A stretch of 64,000 bases of DNA from assembly GCF_009914755.1 (NCBI RefSeq), contig NC_060932.1; one strand, given 5' to 3'. Within the stretch, counting starts at the first letter, position 1. Each line of letters begins with the position of its first letter. The notes beneath the pieces were generated by a model. It did not search any database. It was given only the letters and a program-made list of their open reading frames with translations, and was not told where the DNA came from. This document shows, in pieces, positions 14,975 to 29,900 of this stretch. This stretch comes from the human T2T-CHM13v2.0 reference genome, Homo sapiens. The position numbers were made by a program, and so were the translations under genes.

Positions 14975-15300
14975 TACGGCCGGTCCTTTTCCTCTCAGTT
15001 GTGAAGCTGGGTGTCTGGGAGCCAGGGCCCGCTGCGCTCAACCCGGCCTGGTTCACGGCGAAGTCCCCAGGCCGCATCCTGGACGTCTCAGCTGCAAAGA
15101 TGCTCCCCTCTCTCACCTGCGAGTTCGCTTTAAAAACATATATAATGATTAAAAGAATGTCTTTTGTCTCTCTAGCCAAATTACTGCTAAGTAGACTTTC
15201 CCTTTCCATCACACTGAACAGGCGTTTGCGAGCCACCCGTGGCCTCCCAGAGCTGCGTTCCTGGGATCTTCTTAGAAGTTACTTTCACCGTAACGACTTG
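14975..15300. promoter_or_regulatory. CpG-retaining non-repeat patch, candidate cis-regulatory element
   Basis: About 17 CpGs counted by eye in ~320 bp within AT-rich, CpG-poor flanks; E-boxes CAGCTG and CACCTG; TATATAAT near 15139. Confidence 0.5.
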
Positions 15301-15456
15301 TCCTGTTCTCAACTCTGGCCTGTCCCCCTTTCCCCAGATTTATGGAGCAGTCATTTTTATTTTTCATTCAGTTCAACTCTATGCCCATCTATCAACTGCC
15401 CGCCTTTAAAAAGGCAAGGGACCTGTTTCCCTTTTTCCCACAGGATATAAAGACTA

Positions 15457-15620
15457 GAGCAGTGGTTCTCAAAGTGGTTCTCCCAGGCTCCCCTGGAACC
15501 TTAGAAAGGAGAGCTGTCCACCTGCTGAGTCAGAAGCCTGGGGTGGGACCAACAGTCTGTGCTTCCACAAGCCCCACAGGGATGTTTGGTGCTCACTTGC
15601 TTGAGAACCACTTGAGCAGA
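15457..15620. mobile_element. MER5A hAT element
   Basis: CAGTGGTTCTCAAAGTG ... TTGAGAACCACT terminal inverted repeats. Confidence 0.8.
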
Positions 15621-15797
15621 GGATCAGCCGGGGTCCTAGTAGAAACGCATGGGTAATGGGGCCCCTAGGAAATTTGTACAAGCTTGCTAGTCAGTATCAA
15701 GCAAGATTATGTAGATTGAATTCAGAAAGAAATGTTTTAAGTTTTATTTAATATACTGAAAGGGGATATTTTCGACTGGCTTGGAGAGGAAGAAACG

Positions 15798-15960
15798 TTT
15801 TTTGTTTGTTTGTTTTTTAGAGACAGGGTCTCGTTCTGTTGCACAAGTTGGAGTGCAGTGGCGCCACCCTGGCTCACTGCAGCCTTGAACTCCTGAGCAG
15901 CAGCAATCCTGCTGCCTCAGCCTCCTGAGTAGCTGAAACTACAGGTGCGTGCTGTTGTGC
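15798..15960 (-). mobile_element. Alu monomer/AluJ arm
   Basis: T tract then GAGACAGGGTCTCGTTCTGTTGC...CCTCAGCCTCCTGAGTAGCTG. Confidence 0.8.
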
Positions 15961-16157
15961 TGCCATTTTATTGTTTGTGTTTGTTTAATCCCTCTGATTT
16001 TTGTTTCTCTCTTTCCCCTTCCCTGCCTTCTTTTGAGCAAGTAGAATAATTTTGGCATTCCCTTTTACTTAATTATTATCTAAATCATCATTAATTTAAT
16101 TAGTGACTTTTTCATTAATTTGACTTCACAATATTTTTTTCAGAGGTTGTTTTCGGG

Positions 16158-16226
16158 ATTATAATACACGTTACCTAATCTAATTATAATACACATTACC
16201 TAATCTAATTATAATACGCATTACCT
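16158..16226. repeat. 25 bp tandem repeat, ~2.7 copies
   Basis: ATTATAATACAC(G/A)TTACCTAATCTA repeated. Confidence 0.9.
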
Positions 16227-19200
16227 GTACTTATAGTTAGTATGTTACCATTTTAAGTAGAAAATTGAAGCCTTACCACAATTGAAGTCCCTTTATTCTT
16301 CCTCCTTTGCGTTATAGTTATTGTATGTATTACATCTCTCTATCTGAAACGCTCAATTGACAGTGCTATAACTGTCAAATTTCAGCAGCCATACATCTTA
16401 AAAGGACTTAGAAGAAAAACATAGTCTAACCTATTTACCCAGACATTTATCATTTCTGTTGCTTTTCCTTTATTTCTGAAGTTCCATGTTTTTCTCTGGT
16501 ATATTTTTCTCTAAGTTTAAATAATATTCTCTAGCATTTTTTAGAGGGGGTCTGATGGTGATAATTTTTTTAAGTTTTCCTTCTCCTAAGAAATTTTTTA
16601 AAGTATTCCTTCTCCTGTATTTTGCCTTATTCTTGAAGAATATTTCCTCTGGATATAGAATTCAGAGTTGATAGCACTTTACTTTCTGCATTTAAAAAGT
16701 GTGCTACTTCTTTCTGGCCTTCATGGTTTCTTATAAGACATTCACTGTTAACTAAATTGTTATATCATCAGTTCATAGTTCTCTGGCTGTGAAAAGACTT
16801 TATCTTTAGTTTTTCGCTGTTTGATTATGTGTCTGTGTATGCTTGTCTTTGAGGTTATTTTGTTTGGAGTTTGCCAAAATTCTTGGATCTGTATGTCTTT
16901 TACCAAATTTGGTAAGTTTTCAGCCATTCATTTTTCAAATATTTTTCTGCATCATTTTCTTCTTCCTATTCTTCTATTCAATAATATGAATATTAGACCT
17001 TTTGATATTGTGATGTTGTTCTACAAGGCCCTGAGTCCCTGTTCATTTTTTCAATATTTTTCTGTGTTCTTCAGACTAGATAATTTCTATGGCTCTATCT
17101 TCAAGTTCACGGATTTTTTTATTAGTCATCTGTATTCTCCTGTTGAAACCATCCAGGTAAGTTCTGATTTATTATAATTTTTAGTTGTAAAATTTCTATT
17201 TTTAAAATATTTCTTCTATATTTCTGCTAAGAGCCTTTATTGTTCTATTCATTTCAAATGTGTGCAAACTTTATTTCATGGAACATGGTTATGAAAACTG
17301 CATTAATATCTTTGATAATTTCAACATCTGATTTATTTTAGGGTTGACATCTGTTATCTTTTTCCTTGGTAATTGGTCACATTTTCAAGGTTATGTGAAT
17401 GTCAGGTAATTTTGGATTATATAAAAATGTGGACATTTCGAATATTATATGTGAGACTCTGAGTTTCAGGAGAATATTTATTTATATAAATATTTTTTGA
17501 TTAGTCAGGCAATAAACTCAATTAAGTTAAGACTGCAAGTTCTGACTTGCTTTCCGTGGGCAGTGTGTTTCCAATGTCTTTGAATAGAATAACATCAAAA
17601 CCAGAAAATTGACATTGGTACAAGAGTGTTTGTTATTCTATGGTATTTTACATCACACAGGTAAAGTCTTCTGTTTGTTTCTGCCCTACATAGGCACCCC
17701 TCAAGTGTTAGTCTGGGAGATGTGTGGTGTTTATATCACGGTTTAGTTCTCATAGCTTTTGCTGTGCTTTTTTGAGTCTGATACGCATATGAACAGTTTG
17801 GTTGTGAGCTCAGAAATTGCATGGTTCATACACAGAATTAAGGATGCCCTTCTCCATCTCTCTTCTCTCTGGGGTTACCCCCCATCCACTCCAGTCCCTT
17901 TTCCCAATTGCTTTCGGGGGGTAAAGTGGGTTTCATTTAGAGTATTAGCCTCCATGCTGCTGCACATTGTCATGCAACGGTGGCCACCTTCAGTGTGAAG
18001 CAGCAGGAGAAAAGAGATAAATTAAGAGGATTTCTTTCATACTCTCCCCACTCAACTCACAGTGGCGTTTTTTTTTTCTTTCCTAGTCTTCAAGCCAGAA
18101 TGAGGGTTTTCCCTGAGTTATTGTTGTCTGTTCTCGCTATAGTTATGTGAATCAGATCACCCTCAGGTAAAAGAAAAAAAATCCAGAAAACTCACCAGTA
18201 TTCCTGTCACACTGTAAGTTTTGATTTCCCTCATCAATCTGCCTCCTATGGTGTACTTTTCAGTCTTCAGACAGCTGAATTTTCTATAAATGTCAATTAG
18301 ACCCTGTTGATTTGTGAGGTTGTTAAATTCTTCTACATAATTGTTGATTTTCTATTCAATTATTCTATCAGATGTGGAGGACGGGTGTTAAAGCCTCCAA
18401 CTCTAATTCGGATATGTCAATTTCTCCTTTCAATTCTATCTGTATTTGCTTCATATATTTTATGACTGTTGTTTAGTGACATACTACAGCAATGTCTTCT
18501 TGGTGGATTGACCCTTTTATTATTACGTATGTACCTCTTTCTCCATGGTAATTTTCTCTGCTATAAAGTTAACTTGATTTGATATTAATATAGCCACTCC
18601 TACTTTCTTTTGATTAATATTTGCATTATATATATTTTCTATCCTTTTACTTTCAATCTACATACATAATCACATTTGAAGTTTTTTTTAAAAAAAAAAA
18701 CAGCACATAGTTGGAGTTTTTTGTACTATGCAAATCTCTGTCTTTAATTTTTTAACTATGTACATGTAATATAGTTATAGCTATGTGAAGGCTTTAAGTT
18801 TACCATTTAATTTTAAATTTTATCTTTATTCTTTCTGTTTTTGCTTCTATGCGTTCTTTTTTTAACTTGTTGTTTGTAACTTGCTCCTTTTTGAAGAATT
18901 CCATTTGGTTTTATTGATAATGCTTTTGAGTGTATCTCTTTCTTTAGCCTTTTTTTAAGTGGTTGTTAAAGGCATTATATTATACAAACATACCACAGTC
19001 TGCTAGTGTTAACATTTTACCAGTTGATGAGAAGTGTACAAAACTTGCCTTCCTTAAATTTCTTTACCCTCACCTGTTTATAATTGTCCTAAATATTTGT
19101 TCTACATACTTTGAAAAACACATCAGATAATGTTAGTATTTTTACTTAATAATCATCAAACATAATTTTTTAGTGCAAGAGAAGAATAGTCTATTGTGTT

Positions 19201-19543
19201 TACACATATTTTTAATAATTCTTTTGTTCTTTCCTCTTTTTTGTTGTTCTCATATTTCTCCATTTATCATAACCTTTTTTGTTTTATAAATTCCTTTTGC
19301 TGCTTTTTAGGATAGATCTTCTGAAGTCAAATTCTTATTGTTTTCCATCATCTGTGTTTGTCTTGATTTCCCCTTAATATCTAAAGAATATTTTTACTGT
19401 ATATAAAATTATGATTGACAGTCATTTCCTCTTAGCACTTGAAAAACATGTGCGACTTCCTTCTAGCTCCCATGATTTCCGATATTATTTGAATAGCACT
19501 GTACTCCAGTCTGGGCAACACGGTGACAACTTGTCTCTGGAAA

Positions 19544-19558
19544 ACACACACACACACA

Positions 19559-19590
<32 letters not shown>
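19544..19590. repeat. (CA)n microsatellite following an Alu 3' remnant (~19495-19540)
   Basis: CA run interrupted by CGCG, preceded by GCACTGTACTCCAGTCTGGGCAACA. Confidence 0.9.
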
Positions 19591-19591
<1 letters not shown>

Positions 19592-19628
19592 TAAAATGGT
19601 AGGCCTAAGCTAGTCATGTCAATAATTA

Positions 19629-20013
<385 letters not shown>

Positions 20014-20237
20014 TCATTTGTTTCAAACATGACTGTAATTACTTATCACATTTTATGATAAATATTTACAATCTTTTACCAAAAATTTCAACAGTTGCAT
20101 CATCTTGGTGTCTGTTGGTTGTTTTTCCTGTTAAGGTTGAAATTTTTCTTGTTCTTTTAATGAAGAGTGAATTTCAAATAGGCATTTGGAGTATTATGTT
20201 ATGATACTCTAGATATTTTTTAAACCTTCTGTTTAAG

Positions 20238-20535
20238 TGCCAGGTGTCGTAGCTCATGCCTGTAATTCCAGCACTTTGGGAAGCTGAGGTGAGAGGATTG
20301 CTTGAGGCCAGGAGTTTGAGGCCAGACTGGATAACATAGTGAGATCCCATCTCTACAAGAACTTTAAAAATGAGTCAGGCATGGTGACACATGTAGTCCC
20401 AGCTACTCAAGCAGCCAAGGTGGCAGGATCACTTGATCCCAAGAGTTCAAGGCTACATGGAGCTGATTGTGCCACTGCACTCCAGCCTGGGCAACAGAGT
20501 GAGACCCTGTCTCTAAAAAAAAATAAAAATTAAAA
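20238..20535 (+). mobile_element. AluJ
   Basis: Dimer with GGATTGCTTGAGGCCAGGAGTTTGAG; imperfect TSD TTCT(G/C)TTTAAG. Confidence 0.92.
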
Positions 20536-23271
20536 ATCTTCTCTTTAAGCAGGTCTCCTCTGACACTACACTTGTGAGGTAAGGTGGGCACTACCTTGTT
20601 ACTGTTAGTTGGGGTGGAAATCCAGATTTCCCCCTAAGCCTCTATTAACATCTTAAGTGGGTATACATCTCACTATTCCTGAGTAGGAGTGAAAGCAGGA
20701 TACTCACTCAGTCTTCTCTGACACCTCAGCACAGGAGAAGAATTGCCTTATGACACTTAGTCAAGAATGAAAATATATGCTAATTTTGCTAATCGGGATG
20801 CCGCTTCTTCCATCGTGTTTGGCTTGAGTGCGATGGTTGTTATCTAAAGTTCTCTCACTTGCTAGGCTTCCCCTTTCCTGATTCTCTCACTACATAGAAC
20901 AAGCTTTACAAGGCAGAGTTTTGTTGTTGTTGTTGTTGTTGTTTGTTTGTTTTTTTGTTTTGTTTTGCTTTTCTGTACCCTCTTGGCATTTCTTTGTTTC
21001 CACCTTCTCCTGCATCCAGTCAGAGCTATATGCAGCAAAAAGAAAACTCAGGAAACTCACCCTGTGTCCTGGAGCTCCTAGCTGGGTCTGCCTTCTCCCA
21101 GTCTTTCAGAGACTTCTTATGTTTGTCGTATATATAACATTCAGGGATTTTAGCTGTACTTTATGGTAGAAAAGAAGTGTGTCTACTGCATCTTGTTCCA
21201 ACCCAGAAGTCTGTGTGATGCAAGTTTAATCATCCTGTCTCAATTATTTTTTAATAGGGTCACTCATCAAGAGGACTTACAATGGTGTCACCATAAGTCC
21301 CTCTTTTGGATTAAAGATTTTATAATTCATTAGCAAACAAGGCAAAATAAGACAAAACTCTTTTGCTTCAAGTTTCTGAAAGTCTCTCCAAATTTGATTC
21401 TACCTATCACCAACTGTGCAAAGATTGTTTCATCATCTTCTGATGTAATTTCTAGGGCTCATTCAGAACCCAGCTGTCCTATGACCTCATATTTATCCAG
21501 GGTTTTCTTACATCTAATAAAGAGTGCTCAAATAATTAGTTTTTAAATTACCTGCTTCCAAAACACTCACGTAACTAATTTCTGAGTTGTACTTTAAGGT
21601 TTTTCAGAATACGTAATATGTATTTTCTCAATTTTCTTCAATCTAGGAATTAAATCTCACAGAACTTAATTTATTTATCCAAATTAATGGTGGAACCATG
21701 AAGCTTAGGATAGTTATTGACCATATTTGAAGGTTTTCTCTATGAATCAGAATTTTTCTGTGTGCCTTCAAGAAAGCTAATGAGTTGGAGTTAAAGGGAG
21801 AACATTTCAAGAATCAGAGATTATGCAAAGATGAAATGAATTGCCCCTGTTGGTTGTAACTTTTTCTATCTCTGGAGAAATTCAGACATCAGTTAGATTT
21901 TATACAACTCTATTGATGATTTATACTAGGTTTGAATTTTAGAATACAGGGGTTAAGGTGAATGTTTGAATTCATGCTTTGTATCTAAACCACAACTAAA
22001 AAGATCACATGCCACTCAAATAAATCATCTATTAAATTTTGATTCCCCTGGTAAGTTGTCTACTCACTCTCTAAAAAAATTAAAACACTTTGAAAGTTGT
22101 CTTTTAATTAAGAGAATAGATTTTAACTCATCAACTGCCAAAAGAATCCATCAAATATTTATTGTATGTATAAAATCTGAATAATTGAAAAAATTACATG
22201 ATCATATTAGATTTTTCATCCACTATTCCTCAGTTCAAAGAGAGATTTGAGTAGATGTAAGATAAAGAGGCTTGCTGTACTTCACATGTGAATATCAGCT
22301 AATTTCAAGAAGACAAGGTTAATTTCATATGCTCTTTGGTGCCCTAATTATTAAAGCAATTGTCACTTTTATAACCAGCATTCCTAGATGTCAAATTGAA
22401 GACAGAAAATAGAGTATCATAAACTTGATTACCAATAATTGAAACACCACACTTACTTTAGGAAGATAATTATTGTTGTTTTCAGTGGGACCATACTCTG
22501 ACAATTGTGAGATTTTGCCTAGTCTCACCTTCTGCCACTAGGAAACATATCCAGGCATATTTGAGAGGAGCAGATGGGCAGTAATAATACATGTTTCCTA
22601 AGTGTGCTACTCGAAATCTAAATGTCCTTTCCCTTATTTATTTTCTTATTGTGCTATTAGAGGAGTTCAGATGACTTAGATATTGATATCTATAGAGATT
22701 TCCTTCATTGAAGCATCTCTCATTCACAGAATATTGTTTCAGATGCTAAAAATCTCAACTATTTTTTCTGACAGTCAAGAATTGGCATTAAGGCCTTTGT
22801 TATACTTTTCTGCTAACATACTTTGGGATGTGTAGTTAAGACCTTGTTGTAAATTGCTCCTCCAGACTTTGATAAGAAATTAGAATGAAAATAAAAATGT
22901 GTGAGTAGGAATAAATGTTGTCTTATTACATGAAAATATCTTTGAATTGTGACTTATTCCTGTAAACAAGATGTGTTGTTTTTATTCCTGGTAAAATAAT
23001 TTTAAATATCATCTCTAAATTAAAGAAAATCATAATAGAACCAATTAGAATATGTCCATGAACATTTTCTTGAGAATCATCAATGTATGGCTTATGTTTT
23101 AGAATGTCTTTAGTATCATAAATTACTTAATTTTAATAAATAAAGTGGATAAATTTAATAAGTATTTATTATACAGATCATTTTTAGCACAAACCATTGT
23201 CAATATTAAGTTTGATGTACAAAAACAGGAGTATCTAAGGCTATTTTCTACTGGTTCAGAGTCACAATTTC

Positions 23272-23572
<301 letters not shown>

Positions 23573-23849
23573 TGAGTTACAATTTCTAATAGATCATCCC
23601 CTTAAAACAATCAATACTCACCAGGAAAAAAAGTATTAATAAATGACTCTGAGGATTGTCACTGGCATGATATATGAATGCAGAGTAATTTTACTGAAAT
23701 AATTAGTAATGGAACACTTCTATTGTTAGCATTGTTAAATGACTTTGGAGGCAATGTGCTAATTATAAAAAAAGATAAAGACACACTAAATGTGTGGCCT
23801 GTGCTTACATAACAGAGAAATATGCAGGGCTATGCCGTGGCAATAACTC

Positions 23850-24070
23850 ACCATCTTTGCCAACACCATTCTAAGCACTTTACATATGCTAACAACTTTA
23901 ATCCTCCCAGCTGTCCTTCAAGTTGTTAATACTAACACTATCACCATTTTCATTGTATAGATGAAGAAATGAATCATGCAGCAGGCCACTGGTCCAAGGT
24001 CAGAGCTGATTAAGTGGCAGAGTTGGAATTTGAACTGGATAGTCTGCTCTAGATATCGTGTTCTTAACTC
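23850..24070 (-). mobile_element. MIR
   Basis: TTCTAAGCACTTTACATATGCTAAC..TTTAATCCTC...ATAGATGAAGAAATGA...CCAAGGTCAGAGCTGATTAAGTGGCAGAGTTGGAATTTGAAC. Confidence 0.75.
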
Positions 24071-25449
24071 TCACCTAGTAACTTGTTAGTTTCCTCACTC
24101 TACATTCATTTATTCACTGAACATAGTCATCAAAACCAAATCAAATTTCACCAGTTTTGCACATCGGATGTTTTTTTTTTTTTTTCTGACCTGTTTTAGG
24201 ATGGTACTTGAGATATTTTTATTAATTTGGCTTTCCTTGTCTACAGAAAGAACATTTGCATCTCTGCAAAATTTGCAATTAGTTCCTTGGCTTGGCTGCA
24301 AGCATTTTCACATAACTGCTAAGATAATAAACAACTCCTACTTTTCAACAGCAGAGTTATCTGTTAGAATGCAATAGCCACAAAAGGGCCAGAATTTCAA
24401 ATGAACAGTGATAATCTAAGAAGCCATACTCCCCTGCAATAGCACGATTCCACATGCACGTTCTCAGTGGTCATTCTGACTAGTCCTCTGTGTCATCAGG
24501 GGACACTCAAGCCCCTTCTACTCTAAGTCATCATGCTCTCCAGGCTGTGGGCAATCCAGTCACATTGGACAATACAGTGTTTAGTGAGTAGCTTTCCTCA
24601 GATTTAGTCCCACCATGAGATGTTTATAAGGTCACATTTATTTATGGAATAATTTATTAATTTAAGGCAACTTAAACATTTTTGTCTTAAGTGTATGTTA
24701 ATTTTATCATGGTTCATATGCAATGTAGGACATACATAAAACAAACATTCCTTCACTGTTTTCAACATTAGTATTTCCACATGCAGCCCTCTTCAGCAAT
24801 GCAGAAGGAGCATGCCCCAGCTTCGCTGTCATCTGATATGAGGACTAACTTGAACTTTCTAGGACACTTTTCTGGGTTGCTACCAATGGCCATCGCAAGC
24901 TGGAATCAGTAGTAATGGACAATAGACCACCTTTGTTTTCCAGACCTCTTTTGGGAGGTGGCAGTGAGTTTAGAAGGTAAAATCTATGAGAAAGCTGAGC
25001 CTGAGAGGAGGCCCTAAGATGGAATTTCTAAAGATAGAGAGCAAATGAGGCAGCCAGGGACAGTCTCACCAGAGATGCTGCTCAATATCTGGCTGAGAAG
25101 AGCATAAACCACTTAAGTCAGGTAGAAAGGCCTGAAAGCATGGGTACTTTAAGTTTTGATGAACTTGGTGCTCACTAAAAAGCAGTTCCCAAAAACTCTT
25201 TGATACCTATGATCTAACAATGTATACAGCACAGATTAGTCCAAGTTTGATGAGATTGTCAAATATTATTGAATTTACTATGATAGCTGATTATATTTTT
25301 TCTGTCCAAATTAAGGTCCAGTGCTCTGAGATTTCCCGCCAGCAGTAGCGTATGACGTAACTGTAGTGTTTGTCTCTCAGGTAGCTCAAAAACACCGTTA
25401 AGTACAGAGCTGAGATGCACACATTAGGGGGCACAAAAAAAAAATGGTT

Positions 25450-25744
25450 GTCCAGGCACGGTGGCTCACGCCTGTAATTCCAGCATTTTGGGAGGCCGAG
25501 GTGGGTGGATCACATGAGGTCAGGAGTTTGAGACCAGCCTGACCAACATGGTGAAACCCTGTCTCTACTAAAACTACAAAAATCATCCGGGCATGGTGGC
25601 GCACACGTAATCTCAGCTACTCAGGATGCTGAGGCAGGAGAATAGCTTGAAGCGGGGAGGCGGAGGTTGCAGTGAGTTGGGATTGTGCCATTGCACTCCA
25701 GCCTGGGCAACAAGAGCTAAACTCCATCTCAAAAAATAAACAAA

Positions 25745-25779
<35 letters not shown>

Positions 25780-25789
25780 AATGAAATAA
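25450..25789 (+). mobile_element. AluS with (TAAA)n tail
   Basis: Dimer, tetranucleotide tail ~25733-25789, TSD AAATGGTTG. Confidence 0.95.
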
Positions 25790-25815
25790 ATGGTTGATGA
25801 AAGGCAAGCTTAAAT

Positions 25816-26859
<1,044 letters not shown>

Positions 26860-26999
26860 GAATCTGTACGTAGTACATATTGATCAAAAGTTTTAAAATC
26901 AAAAAAGGAAAGAAGACTAAACATTTTGAAATAATGCCTTAGATGCTATGTAAAAGTTGAATTTTGTGGCCAGACGTGGGTAGCTCACACCTCTAATCC

Positions 27000-29900
27000 T
27001 GAAAGAGGCAGGAGCAGCCAAATGCCGGCCAGGTCATTGTGCACAGGGGGTTTGCCTAAACATGCCCATGGTAAAAAATTCCATCCCTTAACACATGCAC
27101 AAGTAAGAGAAATAAATCGATGTGGAGTGGCTCAGACTAAGGGACCACCTGTGCACTGAAAGAATGGGTTGGAGCCACCAGGAATTCACACCTTATACTA
27201 GGGAGGAGCCTGGCCTCTTCAGATGGTGTGTGATGGTCTGGTATTCCATTTCTGAGGTGGAAAAGCTGTGTGCAGGACCCCTCTTTTTGTTGAGAGCTTT
27301 CCTTTTGCTTAATAAATTCTGCCCTCCTGACCTTTCAATGTGTCTGTGTGCCTAATTTTTCCTGGTCATGGGACAAGAAACTGGATTTTAGCTGAACTAA
27401 GGAGCAAAAAATCCTGATTCATTTTGGCAGCCCGTACAAGGACATGAGGAAGGGTGAGTAAAATGTGGACATCCTCAGATTTTTTTCTGAGGAGAGGGGA
27501 ATCTGCCCCCCACCCCCACCTCACGTTGCTCTCAGGGGTCAGGAATGTTAGCCTTGGTCCAACCCAGTCTTTTATGTGGCATTTTCCTTCTTTTTCAGGA
27601 TGGTAATAGCACCTATTTTTTCTTTTACAAATTATGGGTCCCCCACTCCCACGGCTGCCCCCCTTTCCTCCCAGCTGGGGCACATGGCCATGTCTACTGC
27701 ATGTGTGTGCTGTGTCCAATGGCCATGCAGGGCAGGAATGAGCCTCAGCCACTGCCCAGGCCCCAAGGTGGCCTCAGGGGCCTGGGCCCATGTGGCCGGC
27801 TGGCCAGTGTCCCCTGCCACACATCCACAGAGTCTTCACCTTCCCTGGCTGAGGGGTCCAGCTTGGTTCAACAGCAATTAAAAGTTTCTCTCCCTGTTGG
27901 AGAAACTCATTTGCATAAGAATAAGATGTTTCTTCCCCAGGCATCTTTTTCTTTTATCCACCCCGTCAGCAGTTAACACAGCGCTGCACTTAAGCTGTTT
28001 TTTCTTTTCTTGTCTCTACCCTGTCAGCAGTTAACACAGCTCTGTACTTAAGCTGTTGTTGTTGTTGTTTTCTCCACCAGATCAGGAGTTAGTGGGTTGG
28101 TGTGAAAGTAGTTGCGGTTTTTGCCATTACTTAGAATAGCTGGGACCATGATTGCATTTGCAACAACCTCATCACACAGCCCTGCAAGGAGAGGGGGCTT
28201 CTCTATGCCAGAGGTTTTTTTGTTTTTTTTTTTCCTTTTGGAAGGCATCTTATTAGACCAGGACCCCAGTTCACAGGAAACCCTTTATCTCTCCCTTGTT
28301 GGAGGAGGACTCAATTCCACAGCTTCATCTTAGCATTTGGCTTATGATAAGGAGTCTGTGCAACCCCCGAGACACATTTTTGTCCCAAACTCAATTCCAA
28401 GCTTCAGAACTCAAAGGCTCCTGACAGCAGTGGGGACAGGGCATATGTGGGTAACAGCAAATAATCCAACTCCCTAGCCTCCCTTGTTAACATGAATGAA
28501 AGTCGCATTGGCATCCACGGGGTGGCACCCTGTCAAGGTCACTGGGACTCGGGGATATAAGCACATAAGGTTATATCCTGCCTCTATCAGGATATAAGCA
28601 CAGAAGAAAGAAAGAGGGATGCCTTTTCTACCTCTCCCTCACATACCCCAGGTATTTTCTGGGAAGAGACAGGAACTTGGGACTCTTTGCTCCCCTCTTT
28701 CTGGATGAGTAACCAATTCATTTTCAGTCTGTACCCCTTTCGATGACTCATGAACCCCTGGGGCTCCTTAAAAAAAAAACCAGAATGCCTTCTTTTTTCC
28801 TTTTTCTTCCTCTGTTCTCTCTTCACAGAGGGGTAATTGTATCCCCATACTACAGAACACTCCACTCGGATACATCCTCCAAACTGAGAAAAGTTAATTT
28901 CCCAAACTTTAAACTGGTTGTCTTAGAACTGAGCTCGGAGAAAGGGAACCCATAAGTCTGACATGCTGGCAAAAAGGTAAAAGTTTTTTTGCCAGTCAGA
29001 ATTTTGGCTTCCCTCTCCCTGTGCCAATCAGTAAAAGAAATGAGAAGGATCAGTGTTTATATTCTCTGTAAACTTTTGTTCAATGAAAAAGTATTTATTA
29101 GGTTGGTCTTAAGCTGTGACAAATCTGGTGTGCTTTGCCTGTCTTAATTGAGACTTGTTGGTTTCACTTGTGAGGTTACTTGTGCTAAAATTCAAAAGCC
29201 AGAAATATTGGCCACTTGGCATGGCTAAAGTCAGGTAATACAAGATTTAAAAGGACTTTCTTAAAGAGTGCTCAGCTTAATTAGAAGTGGATATCCAAGC
29301 TATAAGTATATTTAAAAGGCCTGTATGTTTTTCTCTTCATGGATCTTGTTTTCCTGAAAAAGTTTTTTTTCTCAGTTGACTGAATTATTTTTCTCCATTT
29401 TGTCTTGCCACTCTTGGTGCATGCATGTGAGGCCCTAAGATAACTTCTAAGAGCATGGGACTTCTTAGAAAAACAGAGACAGTGCCACTGACCCTGTTTG
29501 GGGGAGAAACCTCTGTTTTTCTCATGGAAACCCAGGAATTAAAGGTGGATAGATCTCTCTCAAAATCTGTTTCTGTCTTTCAGCCACACCTGTTTATTGG
29601 GCCCTGGAAGTTGCAGGCTTTCCTCGCCTTACTCTCAAAGGGCTCCACCCAGAGGCCAATAATCCAATTATGAGATTGGCAACTGAAAACTCTTATAGCT
29701 ACTGGACCTTCTTCTGTCTGTCTGTGTAGTTATATATGTGTTGTGTGTGACGTCTATTAAAAAAGCTCTAATTAATTGGCTTAAAGAAGGATAAGCACTT
29801 GGATCAAATATATTTTGCAGGAAAGATAAAACTTGTAATGCCTTTTAGTTCACATGATTTTAATCTTTGAGAAATAAAAAGTCTTGAAGATTATTGGTAA

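Noticed and set aside
15001-15450. 149 aa ORF over the CpG patch
   Set aside because: GTG start, no recognisable domain and competing ORFs on both strands; explained by local GC content.
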